A stretch of DNA of 43,226 bases from a virus. The position numbers and the translations under genes are program-made. The notes under the pieces were generated by a model that was not told where the DNA came from, did no database searches, and worked only from the letters and a program-made list of their open reading frames with translations. The stretch lies in IMG/VR virus record IMGVR_UViG_3300025006_000005; one strand, given 5' to 3'. This document shows, in pieces, positions 31,627-39,389 of this stretch (positions are counted from its first letter, which is position 1; every line of letters starts with the position of its first letter).

Positions 31627-32126
31627 TGGCGTACAAAGCTGTAATCGAAGCCCGCAAGGCTGCAGAAGCGAAGCAGGAAAGTGTTCGCCAAGCCGTACGG
31701 CTGGGGCTGCAGATCAAGCGGGAGGCCGAGTGGCTTGAAGAAGTCTTGAAAAACGTCGACCCGCGCTCTCGCGGTGAACTGAAATCCGAACTCGCCTCCC
31801 TCCGCGCCGACAAGGAACGGCTGGAGCGGGAGCGGGATGAGGCGCGAGAACAAAATAATGTTGGACATGAACTATACGACGAGTTGGTTCAATATTGCAC
31901 CTCTATAAAGGCCCGCGCCGAAGCCGCAGAGGCAGAGGTCGCCCGGCTGAAGGGGTTGGTGGCCGATTTCGATATGAAATTGGAAAGCTTCCTCGCGCTG
32001 CTCCATGGCGAATTCGGCGTTCGTCTATCAGCTGAGGATCATGAAGATCACAACGTCTTCGAATTCTATGCGGCGCGTGATGCGCTTCGCGCCCTCGCAC
32101 AGAAGGAGCCCGACCATGGCGAGTGA
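31626..32126 (+). CDS. Hypothetical coiled-coil protein
   Basis: 166 aa, rich in Glu/Arg/Lys heptads. Lies in a lower-GC segment. Confidence 0.5.
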   Translation: MAYKAVIEARKAAEAKQESVRQAVRLGLQIKREAEWLEEVLKNVDPRSRGELKSELASLRADKERLERERDEAREQNNVGHELYDELVQYCTSIKARAEAAEAEVARLKGLVADFDMKLESFLALLHGEFGVRLSAEDHEDHNVFEFYAARDALRALAQKEPDHGE

Positions 32127-32262
32127 GCACGAGAAGCTGACGGCAAACCTCGCCAGGCTCCTGGTAGACCACCGCCGATTTTATGCCGAGTGGCGCGATG
32201 CCCGTTGGCCGGCAACCGCCGCTGATGTCCGCACGATCGAGGAGACCAAGAGCCATGACTGA
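32116..32262 (+). CDS. Small ORF (48 aa), hypothetical
   Basis: MASEHEKLTANLARLLVDHRRFYAEW... It overlaps both neighbouring genes. Confidence 0.35.
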   Translation: MASEHEKLTANLARLLVDHRRFYAEWRDARWPATAADVRTIEETKSHD

Positions 32263-32632
32263 GCACGATAAGTTGGTGGAGGACGTGGCACGGGGGTCGG
32301 CAGCGGCACAAGACGTGCTCGCAGAGCGACGGCGGCAGGTCGAAGTCGAGGGTTGGACGCCAGAGCATGACGACGAACATGCCAACGGTGAGCTTGTAGA
32401 GGCTGCGGTAGTTTACGCCAGGTGGGCGGGTAGAGGCGCACCGGCGATGACCGTCATGGGCGCTCCATTTGGGTGGCCGCATACGTGGGACGCAAGTTGG
32501 TGGAAGCCGAAGGACCGCCGCCGCGATTTGGTTCGCGCTGGCGCTCTGATCATCGCTGAGATCGAGCGGCTTGACCGGCTCGACGCCGCCCGCATCCGTG
32601 CCCTTACCGGGATAGAGGAGGAGCGGTCGTGA
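32255..32632 (+). CDS. Hypothetical protein (conserved WTPEHDDEH motif)
   Basis: The start was trimmed to the ATG at 32255. 125 aa, with EVEGWTPEHDDEHANGELVEAAVVYA. Confidence 0.5.
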   Translation: MTEHDKLVEDVARGSAAAQDVLAERRRQVEVEGWTPEHDDEHANGELVEAAVVYARWAGRGAPAMTVMGAPFGWPHTWDASWWKPKDRRRDLVRAGALIIAEIERLDRLDAARIRALTGIEEERS

Positions 32633-32976
32633 ACGACGAACCTCTCAAGGTCGGCTTTCATCCGCCGCTACAGTGCGCCCGGGGCCGACAAGATTGCCGG
32701 TCATTGGCGCAGATCATTTCGTCCAGCGATTCACCGACGTTCATATGCTGCGGCGAGGTGCTGGACGGTGCGACTCCCGTACCGCAGGACCAATGGTCAT
32801 TCTGCCTCGGCATGATAGACGCACCTCACGGCAGAGGATACGATTTTCGGTGCTTCGTCGATCGCCGCGACATGAGCCACATGAGCGCGGTTCTGAGCAT
32901 GGCGCTCGCGATGGCAATCCCGCCTGACGCAGCGTTGCGCCGCCCCCCCGAAGCACAGGAGGGGGACGATGGGTAG
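32629..32976 (+). CDS. Hypothetical Cys-rich protein
   Basis: 115 aa with a GTG start in a GTGA overlap. Confidence 0.4.
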   Translation: MNDEPLKVGFHPPLQCARGRQDCRSLAQIISSSDSPTFICCGEVLDGATPVPQDQWSFCLGMIDAPHGRGYDFRCFVDRRDMSHMSAVLSMALAMAIPPDAALRRPPEAQEGDDG

Positions 32977-33304
32977 GCTGACGAAGGAACACCTCAGCGT
33001 CCTCCAACTCGCCTGCGAGGCTCCGTTCTATGGGTTCACGGCGGGATCCAACATGTGGCCTCTGACCGTCATGGAGACGCAAGACGGCGACATAGATGGG
33101 GAGATAATCGACGATCTTTTGCGAAACGGACTTTTGGTTACGGGAAAGCTGCCCGAACCCAGACAAGGAGAACGCTCTCCCGATCTCGACTATGCGCCCC
33201 ATTTGGAGTTTGACTACGAGATTTTCATCACCGCCGCCGGCCGTGCCGCCCTTGCAGAGGGTAAGCCAGCCGCCGCGAAGCAGGATAGCGGGAGGGAGGT
33301 ATGA
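32969..33304 (+). CDS. Hypothetical protein
   Basis: 111-aa ORF coupled to its neighbours. Confidence 0.4.
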   Translation: MGRLTKEHLSVLQLACEAPFYGFTAGSNMWPLTVMETQDGDIDGEIIDDLLRNGLLVTGKLPEPRQGERSPDLDYAPHLEFDYEIFITAAGRAALAEGKPAAAKQDSGREV

Positions 33305-33696
33305 TGAGCCAACCCGTCCGCCTCCGCCTGTCCCGCGCCAAGGGCTTCGACCTGCAGGCCCTCTCGCTCGCCACCAACGGCCTGCCGGCGGTCAATGTCG
33401 CGCGGCCCGGGGACTTCGGCAATCCGTTCGTCATCGGCGAACCCGTCGATAGGCGCCAGGCAAAACGCTGGGGATGGTGGCCTCTCGCTTTCCCGGATTA
33501 TGTGGCTCCCGTCGCGGAAGCTGCTGTTCGGCGCTTCGCTATATGCCTGATGCTGGATGAAGCCATCCACGCTCATGTGCGTAGCAAGCTTCGCGGCAAG
33601 AACCTCGCCTGCTGGTGCAAGCCGGATGAACCCTGCCACGCCGATGTGCTCCTCAAGTTCGCCAACACGCCGATCTGCGAGGAGGTGACCCCGTGA
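33301..33696 (+). CDS. DUF4326-family protein
   Basis: 131 aa, with GNPFVIG and LRGKNLACWCKPDEPCHADVLLKFAN. Confidence 0.7.
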   Translation: MMSQPVRLRLSRAKGFDLQALSLATNGLPAVNVARPGDFGNPFVIGEPVDRRQAKRWGWWPLAFPDYVAPVAEAAVRRFAICLMLDEAIHAHVRSKLRGKNLACWCKPDEPCHADVLLKFANTPICEEVTP

Positions 33697-34049
33697 CGCT
33701 TTCGCAGGTGTTTTCGATGGACGAGGCCGCCGAACGGCTGCATATCTCGCGGCGCCAGCTGCAGGAGATCGTCAAGCGCCATCCGCACTATGTGCCCAAC
33801 GGCCAGCGCAAGCTCTTCACCGAAGCCGATCTCGCCGCTATCCTCGCCGGCCTGCGCGAAGAGAGAGAGCCATGCCCCTCAGCCTCAAACCGCCCCGCCC
33901 GGGCAAATCGCCGAACTGGACGATCCGCGGCACCTATCTCGGCGTCCGCCTGGACGAAAGCACAGGCACTCCTGACGAAGCCCTCGCGCGAAGGATCCTC
34001 AAGGTCCGAGAGCGTGAAATCGAACGTGGTCGCACTGCCGCCCCGATAA
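33693..34049 (+). CDS. Excisionase-like HTH (MerR/Xis type); the ORF runs 178 nt into the integrase gene
   Basis: GTG start (GTGA overlap). HTH: MDEAAERLHISRRQLQEIVKRH. The Ser/Arg-rich tail is encoded in an alternative frame of int. Confidence 0.55.
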   Translation: MTLSQVFSMDEAAERLHISRRQLQEIVKRHPHYVPNGQRKLFTEADLAAILAGLREEREPCPSASNRPARANRRTGRSAAPISASAWTKAQALLTKPSREGSSRSESVKSNVVALPPR

Positions 34050-34921
34050 CCGCCGATGCCCCGGTCGGGCCGAGTTTCGTCGAAGCCGCTGTCGCCTATA
34101 TGGAGGCGACCGGGCCCGATCCGTTCCTCGGGCGGTTCGACGCGGCGGCAGGCAAATGGGCGTCCGGCCTCATTCCCCATTTCGGCGACAAGCCTTGCGC
34201 GGAGATCCGCCAGGCCGAGATCGATGCCGCCGCCATCGCGCTCTATCCCAACGCCACGCCGATGACGCGCAACCGGCAGGTCTATACGCCGGCGTCCGCA
34301 GTGCTCAAGCATGCCGGCTTCGATTTCAAGATCCGCCGGCCGAAGGGCTGGCGCGGCAAGGCGCGGGTCGACTGGATGCAGCCCGAGCAGGCATTCCGGC
34401 TCATGGCCGTCGCCAAGGCAGCCGATCCCGAATTCGGCATCTTCCTCGCCTTCCTGCTCTATACCGGCTGTCGCGTTGGCGAGGCGCTCAAGCTCACCTG
34501 CGACCGGCTGACGATCGGCGAGGCCTTTGCCTATCTCGCCGAGACGAAGAACGACGATCCGCGCGGCATTCATCTGCCGCCGTTCCTGGTGGCAGAGCTT
34601 GCCAACCATCCGCGCGGCCTAGATCGCGGCCGTTCGAAGGTCTTCCGCTTCGTCAAGTGCGGCCGGCTTTACACCTTGATGCGCGAGGCGAAGGAAAAGG
34701 CCGGCGCGGATGTCGCCTTCGTCACCTTCCACACGCTGCGCCACACCTGGGCGACGTGGATGCGCCGCTATGGCCGGCTCGACACGCGCGGCCTGATGGC
34801 GACGGGCGCATGGCGCGATGCCGCCTCCGCCGCCCGCTATGAGCACGTCGTCGTCAGCGAGGAAGCCCGCAAGGCAAACCTTCTGCCGACGCCGACCAAG
34901 GCGCGCCGCCGCGCTCGCTGA
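33872..34921 (+). CDS. int: Tyrosine integrase
   Basis: 349 aa, with LLYTGCRVGEAL, FHTLRHTWATWM and a C-terminal ...AARYEHV (catalytic Tyr region). Lies adjacent to attP. Confidence 0.92.
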   Translation: MPLSLKPPRPGKSPNWTIRGTYLGVRLDESTGTPDEALARRILKVREREIERGRTAAPITADAPVGPSFVEAAVAYMEATGPDPFLGRFDAAAGKWASGLIPHFGDKPCAEIRQAEIDAAAIALYPNATPMTRNRQVYTPASAVLKHAGFDFKIRRPKGWRGKARVDWMQPEQAFRLMAVAKAADPEFGIFLAFLLYTGCRVGEALKLTCDRLTIGEAFAYLAETKNDDPRGIHLPPFLVAELANHPRGLDRGRSKVFRFVKCGRLYTLMREAKEKAGADVAFVTFHTLRHTWATWMRRYGRLDTRGLMATGAWRDAASAARYEHVVVSEEARKANLLPTPTKARRRAR

Positions 34922-35024
34922 AGCGGCCTCCGCCCCGACATCCATCCGGCAAGCAGATTGGTCAGTTTGCGCTTTTGCGCAGGTCGGCGAGTCACGCATG
35001 GCCGCGTGAACAAAACGAGATTCA

Positions 35025-35046
35025 TTCCACGCGTTTTCCACGTTTT
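35025..35046 (+). repeat. Putative integrase arm-type site (P arm): TTCCACGCGTTTTCCACG
   Basis: Two TTCCACG heptamers 11 bp apart. A near-identical 18-mer lies on the other side of the core at 35233-50. Confidence 0.5.
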
Positions 35047-35137
35047 ACAATGCCATGTTCTGCCGATGTTCGCCGTCCCGTGCCGAAGAGGCCGAAAGCC
35101 GCAATGCAGATTATGATAAGCAAATCATGGTGTTAAA

Positions 35138-35184
35138 TGGTGGGCGCGACAGGGATTGAACCTGTGACCCCTCCCGTGTGAAGG
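35138..35184 (-). other. attP core: 3' portion of a tRNA-Val(CAC)-like sequence (anticodon loop to CCA)
   Basis: The reverse complement reads CC-TTCACAC-GGGAG-GGGTC-ACAGG-TTCAATC-CCTGT-CGCGCCC-A-CCA. Upstream of the anticodon loop only 2 nt of the 5' anticodon-stem strand match; the rest of that strand, the D-arm and the 5' acceptor strand are absent. Confidence 0.75.
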
Positions 35185-35232
35185 CGTCGCCTGCCTCAAC
35201 GAATTCAATGGGTTGAACAGATCGTCGGCCCG

Positions 35233-35250
35233 TTCCACGCCTTTTCCACG
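35233..35250 (+). repeat. Putative integrase arm-type site (P' arm): TTCCACGCCTTTTCCACG
   Basis: Direct repeat of 35025-42 with 1 mismatch. Confidence 0.5.
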
Positions 35251-35260
35251 ATTCAAGCGA

Positions 35261-35488
35261 TCACCGCGGGCCCGTATTGACGGCCGAGATCGTGATCGCG
35301 ATATCCTTGCTCCCGCACCTCGGGCAGCGCAGGTGCGGCACCAGCTCGTCCCGCATGGCGGAATGATCATAGCCGAGCCGACGCCCGAGCTTGTGCAGGT
35401 CTAGGAGGCCATAGTGCCGGCAGTCCGGATTGCCGCAATGGGCACCGATCTGATAGCCGTTGTCGATTTCCCATTGGATCGTCTGCAT
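35261..35488 (-). CDS. Small zinc-ribbon protein
   Basis: 75 aa, with CGNPDCRH...CPRCGS. Lies between the late-operon terminator and attP. Confidence 0.5.
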   Translation of the reverse strand: MQTIQWEIDNGYQIGAHCGNPDCRHYGLLDLHKLGRRLGYDHSAMRDELVPHLRCPRCGSKDIAITISAVNTGPR

Positions 35489-35523
35489 GGACGCGTCCTA
35501 TACGAGACGCGCCTCCAAAACGC

Positions 35524-35557
35524 AAAAAAGCCCCGCGCGACCTTTCGGCCGGCGGGG
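35524..35557 (-). terminator. Intrinsic terminator of the late/lysis operon
   Basis: Minus-strand RNA: CCCCGCCGGCC-GAAA-GGUCGCGCGGGG-C-UUUUUU-GCGUUUUGG, 60 nt after the stop at 35618. Confidence 0.75.
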
Positions 35558-35617
35558 TGACTGAGCATCAGATTTGCCGGCAGGCGGCCGGCGCGCATCC
35601 GGGACGAACCGGAATTC

Positions 35618-36031
35618 CTATTTCGGGGGGCCGATCCCGAACAGCGTGTGCCATAGCCCGTATGCGGTCGTAATGGCGCCCAGAAGAGTGCCGCCGATGC
35701 CGATCAGGAAGCGGCCCAGCAAACCCGCACCAGCCGCCTTTGCTCTCAGCATCTTCACGCCGTCCGATGTCGTTTCCAGTGCGGCGATGCGCATGTCATG
35801 GGCAGTGTGGCGGTGTTCGGCGATCTCCTTGGCGTGGACGAATTCGAGCTTCAGCATGTCCTGTCCGCGCACGACCGATTCGATCGCCTCATGCATCTTT
35901 GACCGGGACTGGTCCGAGCGGATGAGCGTCGCCTTGATTTCGTCGAGGGCGGCGGTCTGCTGCTGGACCATGACGATGAGGGCCCCGAGTTGCTGGTCAG
36001 AACTCATGTCGCCAAGATCCTTCAAAGGCAT
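35618..36031 (-). CDS. Hypothetical coiled-coil protein with C-terminal TM anchor (DUF1515-like)
   Basis: 137 aa. C-terminus: GLLGRFLIGIGGTLLGAITTAYGLW. The family name is from memory. Confidence 0.45.
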   Translation of the reverse strand: MPLKDLGDMSSDQQLGALIVMVQQQTAALDEIKATLIRSDQSRSKMHEAIESVVRGQDMLKLEFVHAKEIAEHRHTAHDMRIAALETTSDGVKMLRAKAAGAGLLGRFLIGIGGTLLGAITTAYGLWHTLFGIGPPK

Positions 36032-36062
36032 AATGTCCCCGCCCGCCCTTCAGTTGCGTATT

Positions 36063-36356
36063 TCAGTGTGGGCCGTGAGCCCGCTGGAGATCGGTATAGA
36101 CAGCCACACAGCGGCGCTTGGAGGCGTTCGCCCAATCGGTGCGGTGCCGCTCAGCCTTTAGAGCATCGTCGGCGGCGATGCCGACCGTTCGTGGCGCGTG
36201 CGGCGTGTCGCGGTAGCATTCGGCCGGAAGGTCGGGCAGCGCGGTCGACGCCTCAGCCACGGCCTTCTGTGCGGACGCGTCTGTTAGTTGCCGGTTGAGG
36301 CTGGCGCATCCGGCCATGGACAGGCACAGGAGCGCGATGACGAGTGCGCGGGTCAT
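36063..36356 (-). CDS. Outer-membrane lipoprotein, o-spanin candidate
   Basis: The start was trimmed to the ATG at 36356 (ATGA overlap). Lipobox: MTRALVIALLCLSMAGC. 97 aa. Confidence 0.6.
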   Translation of the reverse strand: MTRALVIALLCLSMAGCASLNRQLTDASAQKAVAEASTALPDLPAECYRDTPHAPRTVGIAADDALKAERHRTDWANASKRRCVAVYTDLQRAHGPH

Positions 36357-36775
36357 TTCCCCCTCCCCTCGATGTAGTCCCAATCCTCGGCGGTGAGCGG
36401 ATAGCAGTTGCCCGCCACCTTGCATTTGCGGGCGTGTTCGTCTGCCGCCTGTTGGTCGATCGCATCCTGTTGCTCGCGGGCGATCTGATCCGCCTCTGCC
36501 GCCTTGCGATACGCGTTGAGCGCGTCCTGGGCGATCTGCCGGTCATGCTCCGCCTTGGCCTTCTGCGCCACCAGCGCGGCGTATTGCTCCTGGGCGACGT
36601 AGGATTTCAGGAGGTTGCGGTCGTGGACCTTGAGCCAGACATAGCCGGCGAGCGCGACGGAGAGGATCAGCGCGAGGATGACGGCGGCCTCAGCGATCCA
36701 CGTCGCATAGGGTTTGAAGCGATCGGAGAGGCGGCCGATGAGCAGTGATGCGATCCATGAGACGAGGATGCCCAT
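36353..36775 (-). CDS. i-spanin candidate (N-terminal TM + periplasmic coiled coil)
   Basis: 140 aa. A hydrophobic N-terminus is followed by QEQYAALVAQKAKAEHDRQIAQDALNAYRKAAEADQIAREQQ. Confidence 0.6.
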   Translation of the reverse strand: MGILVSWIASLLIGRLSDRFKPYATWIAEAAVILALILSVALAGYVWLKVHDRNLLKSYVAQEQYAALVAQKAKAEHDRQIAQDALNAYRKAAEADQIAREQQDAIDQQAADEHARKCKVAGNCYPLTAEDWDYIEGRGK

Positions 36776-36793
36776 TGGCGATATCTCCAGAAA

Positions 36794-36913
36794 TCAAAGC
36801 CAAGGCGCGTCAGACAGCGCCGCGTTTACCCACGGCCCGATAAAGGCCATGGCCGTCATGGCGAGCAGCATGAAGACGATGAAAGCGGCGGCACATAGGT
36901 GATCGGCGCGCAT
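36794..36913 (-). CDS. 39-aa single-TM peptide in the lysis cassette
   Basis: MRADHLCAAAFIVFMLLAMTAMAFIGPWVNAALSDAPWL. The start was trimmed from a longer overlapping ORF. Confidence 0.35.
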   Translation of the reverse strand: MRADHLCAAAFIVFMLLAMTAMAFIGPWVNAALSDAPWL

Positions 36914-36914
36914 G

Positions 36915-37226
36915 TCAGCAGGACTTCCAGACGCCGCCCTGCAACCACCCGTGCCAGTGGCCGACATGATGGACGGAAGGGGACAGGGTCGGGGCTTCCA
37001 TGTTGCCGTCCCACTCCCAACTTGGATGCGCGGGTTCAGCCGGCCGGAAGCGAAGAGCGCCGCGCGCACCACACCCGCACGGACATGAATAGATCATGCC
37101 GGCCGGATAGCGGTCGCCAGCCTTGAAGTATTTAAAGGCGCCCGATTGCTTGTCGACGTCGTCGATGTCGTCGAACCTCTGCGCCTTCACCGGCACAGTC
37201 TTGACTTCCGCCATCTCAGCCTCCAA
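36915..37226 (-). CDS. Cys-rich protein (DUF6527-like)
   Basis: 103 aa, with YSCPCGCG...WEWDGNMEAPTLSPSV..HWHGWLQGGVW. Confidence 0.5.
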   Translation of the reverse strand: MEAEMAEVKTVPVKAQRFDDIDDVDKQSGAFKYFKAGDRYPAGMIYSCPCGCGARGALRFRPAEPAHPSWEWDGNMEAPTLSPSVHHVGHWHGWLQGGVWKSC

Positions 37227-37701
37227 TCCCGAGCATGCACAGGGCGCGTTCCTTGCGCCGGCGGATCGTCAGCCCGGCAAGCCTCCTGCCCCCGGCATGG
37301 TCGTAAAGCAGGACGTCGTCACAGGCCTTCGCCAGCCGCCCGGAATTGACATCCCGGGCAACAGAGGATCGGCAGAAGGCACCGGTGCCGATGTTGTAGG
37401 CGAGGCTCAGAAAGGCGACATAGGACTTGTCCGGGATGGAGGCCGGATCGACCAGGCAGGCGTTCATGCGGGAGGCAAAATCCCCGAGCGCCGCCGTGAA
37501 CTGCCGTTTACACTCTGCCGCCGATGCACGATCGCCCATATGGACGCCGCGCGTCTCGCCGTAGCAGATGGTCGGGATGCCCACGGAATCGCGATAGGCC
37601 ACATACCGCACGCCTTCGAAGCCACCGACCGTGGCGATCGCCAGTGCAAGCGTCGCGCCGATGAGTTTGCGGCCGCGCGGGTCAGGAGGACGCGGGATCA
37701 T
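37216..37701 (-). CDS. SAR endolysin (GH24 / T4-lysozyme-like)
   Basis: 161 aa. The E-x8-D-x5-T motif is in FEGVRYVAYRDSVGIPTICYGET. The N-terminal Gly/Ala-rich weakly hydrophobic segment is LIGATLALAIATVGG. Confidence 0.88.
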   Translation of the reverse strand: MIPRPPDPRGRKLIGATLALAIATVGGFEGVRYVAYRDSVGIPTICYGETRGVHMGDRASAAECKRQFTAALGDFASRMNACLVDPASIPDKSYVAFLSLAYNIGTGAFCRSSVARDVNSGRLAKACDDVLLYDHAGGRRLAGLTIRRRKERALCMLGIGG

Positions 37702-37919
37702 CGCAATTCCCTCTGCTCAATATTCGAGACGATGACGGATGCTGATTGGAGGACAGCCCCTACCAGTGCGAAAGCCCATGGCTGGATCGGCAGATATCCG
37801 TCGAGAAACGGATAGGCGTAGGCTGCGCCGGACAGGAGCGCGGCAATCACAGCCATCGCCGTGAGCCGTACCGACCACGCATGGCGCAGGAACAGCCTCC
37901 ATTCGTTGATGACGGTCAT
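37698..37919 (-). CDS. Two-TMD holin (pinholin-like)
   Basis: 73 aa. TMDs: LTAMAVIAALLSGAAYAY and WAFALVGAVLQSASVIV. Lies immediately upstream of the SAR endolysin, with an ATGA overlap. Confidence 0.7.
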   Translation of the reverse strand: MTVINEWRLFLRHAWSVRLTAMAVIAALLSGAAYAYPFLDGYLPIQPWAFALVGAVLQSASVIVSNIEQRELR

Positions 37920-38296
37920 TTCGAGCCTCCCACCCTCTCGATCGTCACGCGCCCCTCGCCGGCGCCGATCATGCCGAGCGCCCGGGCACTCCCGCGCGAG
38001 AGGTCGATGCAGCGGCCGGTCCAGCGCGCCGGTCCCCTGTCATTGATGCGCACCACGACAGTCCGCCCATGCCATCGCACCTTGAGCCGCGTGCCGAACG
38101 GCAGGCTCCTATGCGCCGCTGTCAGCCCGTCCGGTCGGAACCACTCGCCATTGGCCGTCCGCGCGCCACGCTGGTACCAGGAGGCGAGGCACGTCTCGGC
38201 ATAGGAGAGAGCAATCGACACCGGCGAGACGAGCGCGATCACAATGCCCACGATAAGGGCAAGGAGGATCGTTCTGACGGTGACTGCGTCAGGCAT
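37916..38296 (-). CDS. Membrane-anchored RlpA-like (DPBB) lytic transglycosylase
   Basis: The start was trimmed to the ATG at 38296. N-terminal TM, then ASWYQRGARTANGEWF..TAAHRSLPFGT..VVVRINDRGP..IDLSRGSARALG. Confidence 0.82.
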   Translation of the reverse strand: MPDAVTVRTILLALIVGIVIALVSPVSIALSYAETCLASWYQRGARTANGEWFRPDGLTAAHRSLPFGTRLKVRWHGRTVVVRINDRGPARWTGRCIDLSRGSARALGMIGAGEGRVTIERVGGSK

Positions 38297-38319
38297 GGGC
38301 GGCTCGGATTTTCGGAAGA

Positions 38320-38700
38320 TCAGTTTTTGCGGCGTCCCTTGACGTCCAGCCACGCGGTCCAGCCGAGCACGGCAAGGCCCATGATGGTCGCCTTGATGCT
38401 CGACACTCCGCCGGCCTTCAGCGCCTCCCTGAACTCGGCCGCCGCCGTCCAGCGTGACCACTCGAGATCGTCGAGCATGCAGTCGTGGATGATGGCCGCC
38501 TTGGCAAAGCGCGCGTCGGCCGGATTTAGCCACCAGCGCACGATCCCCGGAATGGTCGCGAGATCGGTGATGAAGCCGGACCGGACCGTATAGACGAGTC
38601 CGGAACCCTCCTTCCCGACCTCCCATGAGAGATCGCGCAGAAGCTGCCACTTGCGGCCGGCTATCGGCTCGAGCGACCACTGTTCCGTGAAAGACGACAT
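38320..38700 (-). CDS. DUF1353-family protein
   Basis: The start was trimmed to the ATG at 38700 (ATGA overlap). Contains RSGFITDLATIPGIVRWW...AAIIHDCML and a C-terminal TM. Confidence 0.7.
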   Translation of the reverse strand: MSSFTEQWSLEPIAGRKWQLLRDLSWEVGKEGSGLVYTVRSGFITDLATIPGIVRWWLNPADARFAKAAIIHDCMLDDLEWSRWTAAAEFREALKAGGVSSIKATIMGLAVLGWTAWLDVKGRRKN

Positions 38701-39389
38701 CAGAGTTTCCCCGCCGCTACGAAGAAGGCGTCGATCTGGTCCTCGGAAAACCCCATCTGCTCGAACCCCGTGGCCATCATCGGTTCGGCCCGAACGAACA
38801 TCACAGAATTGTCGTAGGAGATCTGCACCAGCGGATCCTGCTGACCGATCCACGCCTCAACGATGGATTTCAGGCCGGCGATCTGAAGCTGGAGCTTGAA
38901 CTGCCGGGCCGTGACGGACCGCGGCACCGGATCGGCCAGGATGGTGACGGGGACATCGCCGCCCCATTCGGTCTGGATGGCCGCCTGGTCGGCCGCATAG
39001 GTGTCCTGTGCGTCCTGATCGGCATCTGCGGCAAGACCCGCCCGCACCCGGGCCAATGCCTTGATCTGGTCTGATGCCCCGAAGATCAGCGTCTGGGCGT
39101 CGTCATAAACCGTCCAGACGGGGTTGGCGACGGTCGAGGTCGAGCCGTCCTCATTGGTGACGTCGACCGTTCTGGGAACGCTGGCGTCGGGCTCGGCAAC
39201 CCGCTGCGCCGCCTCATAGGCGAGAACGTCGGTTTCTGCGGAATGCAGGGCGGCGTTCTTGGTCTCGATTGCGGTCCTGTCGGCGGTGGAGATCTGCGTG
39301 ACATCCACCGCGTCCAGAAGGCACTCGAACTGCCCCGTTTCGGTCAGGGACCAGCGGCGCAGCAGGGTATCGTTATAGAGATCGCTCAT
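38700..39389 (-). CDS. Hypothetical protein after the fibre gene (possible fibre assembly/chaperone, DUF4376-like C-terminus)
   Basis: The start was trimmed to the ATG at 39389 (ATGA overlap). The C-terminus ..ARQFKLQLQIAGL...GFSEDQIDAFFVAAGKL resembles DUF4376-type tails. Confidence 0.45.
   Translation of the reverse strand: MSDLYNDTLLRRWSLTETGQFECLLDAVDVTQISTADRTAIETKNAALHSAETDVLAYEAAQRVAEPDASVPRTVDVTNEDGSTSTVANPVWTVYDDAQTLIFGASDQIKALARVRAGLAADADQDAQDTYAADQAAIQTEWGGDVPVTILADPVPRSVTARQFKLQLQIAGLKSIVEAWIGQQDPLVQISYDNSVMFVRAEPMMATGFEQMGFSEDQIDAFFVAAGKL

Noticed and set aside
35138-35184. A functional tRNA gene
   Set aside because: Only the segment from the anticodon loop to CCA is present. 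The D-arm, the 5' acceptor strand and most of the 5' anticodon-stem strand are absent, so this is an attP core and not a tRNA.
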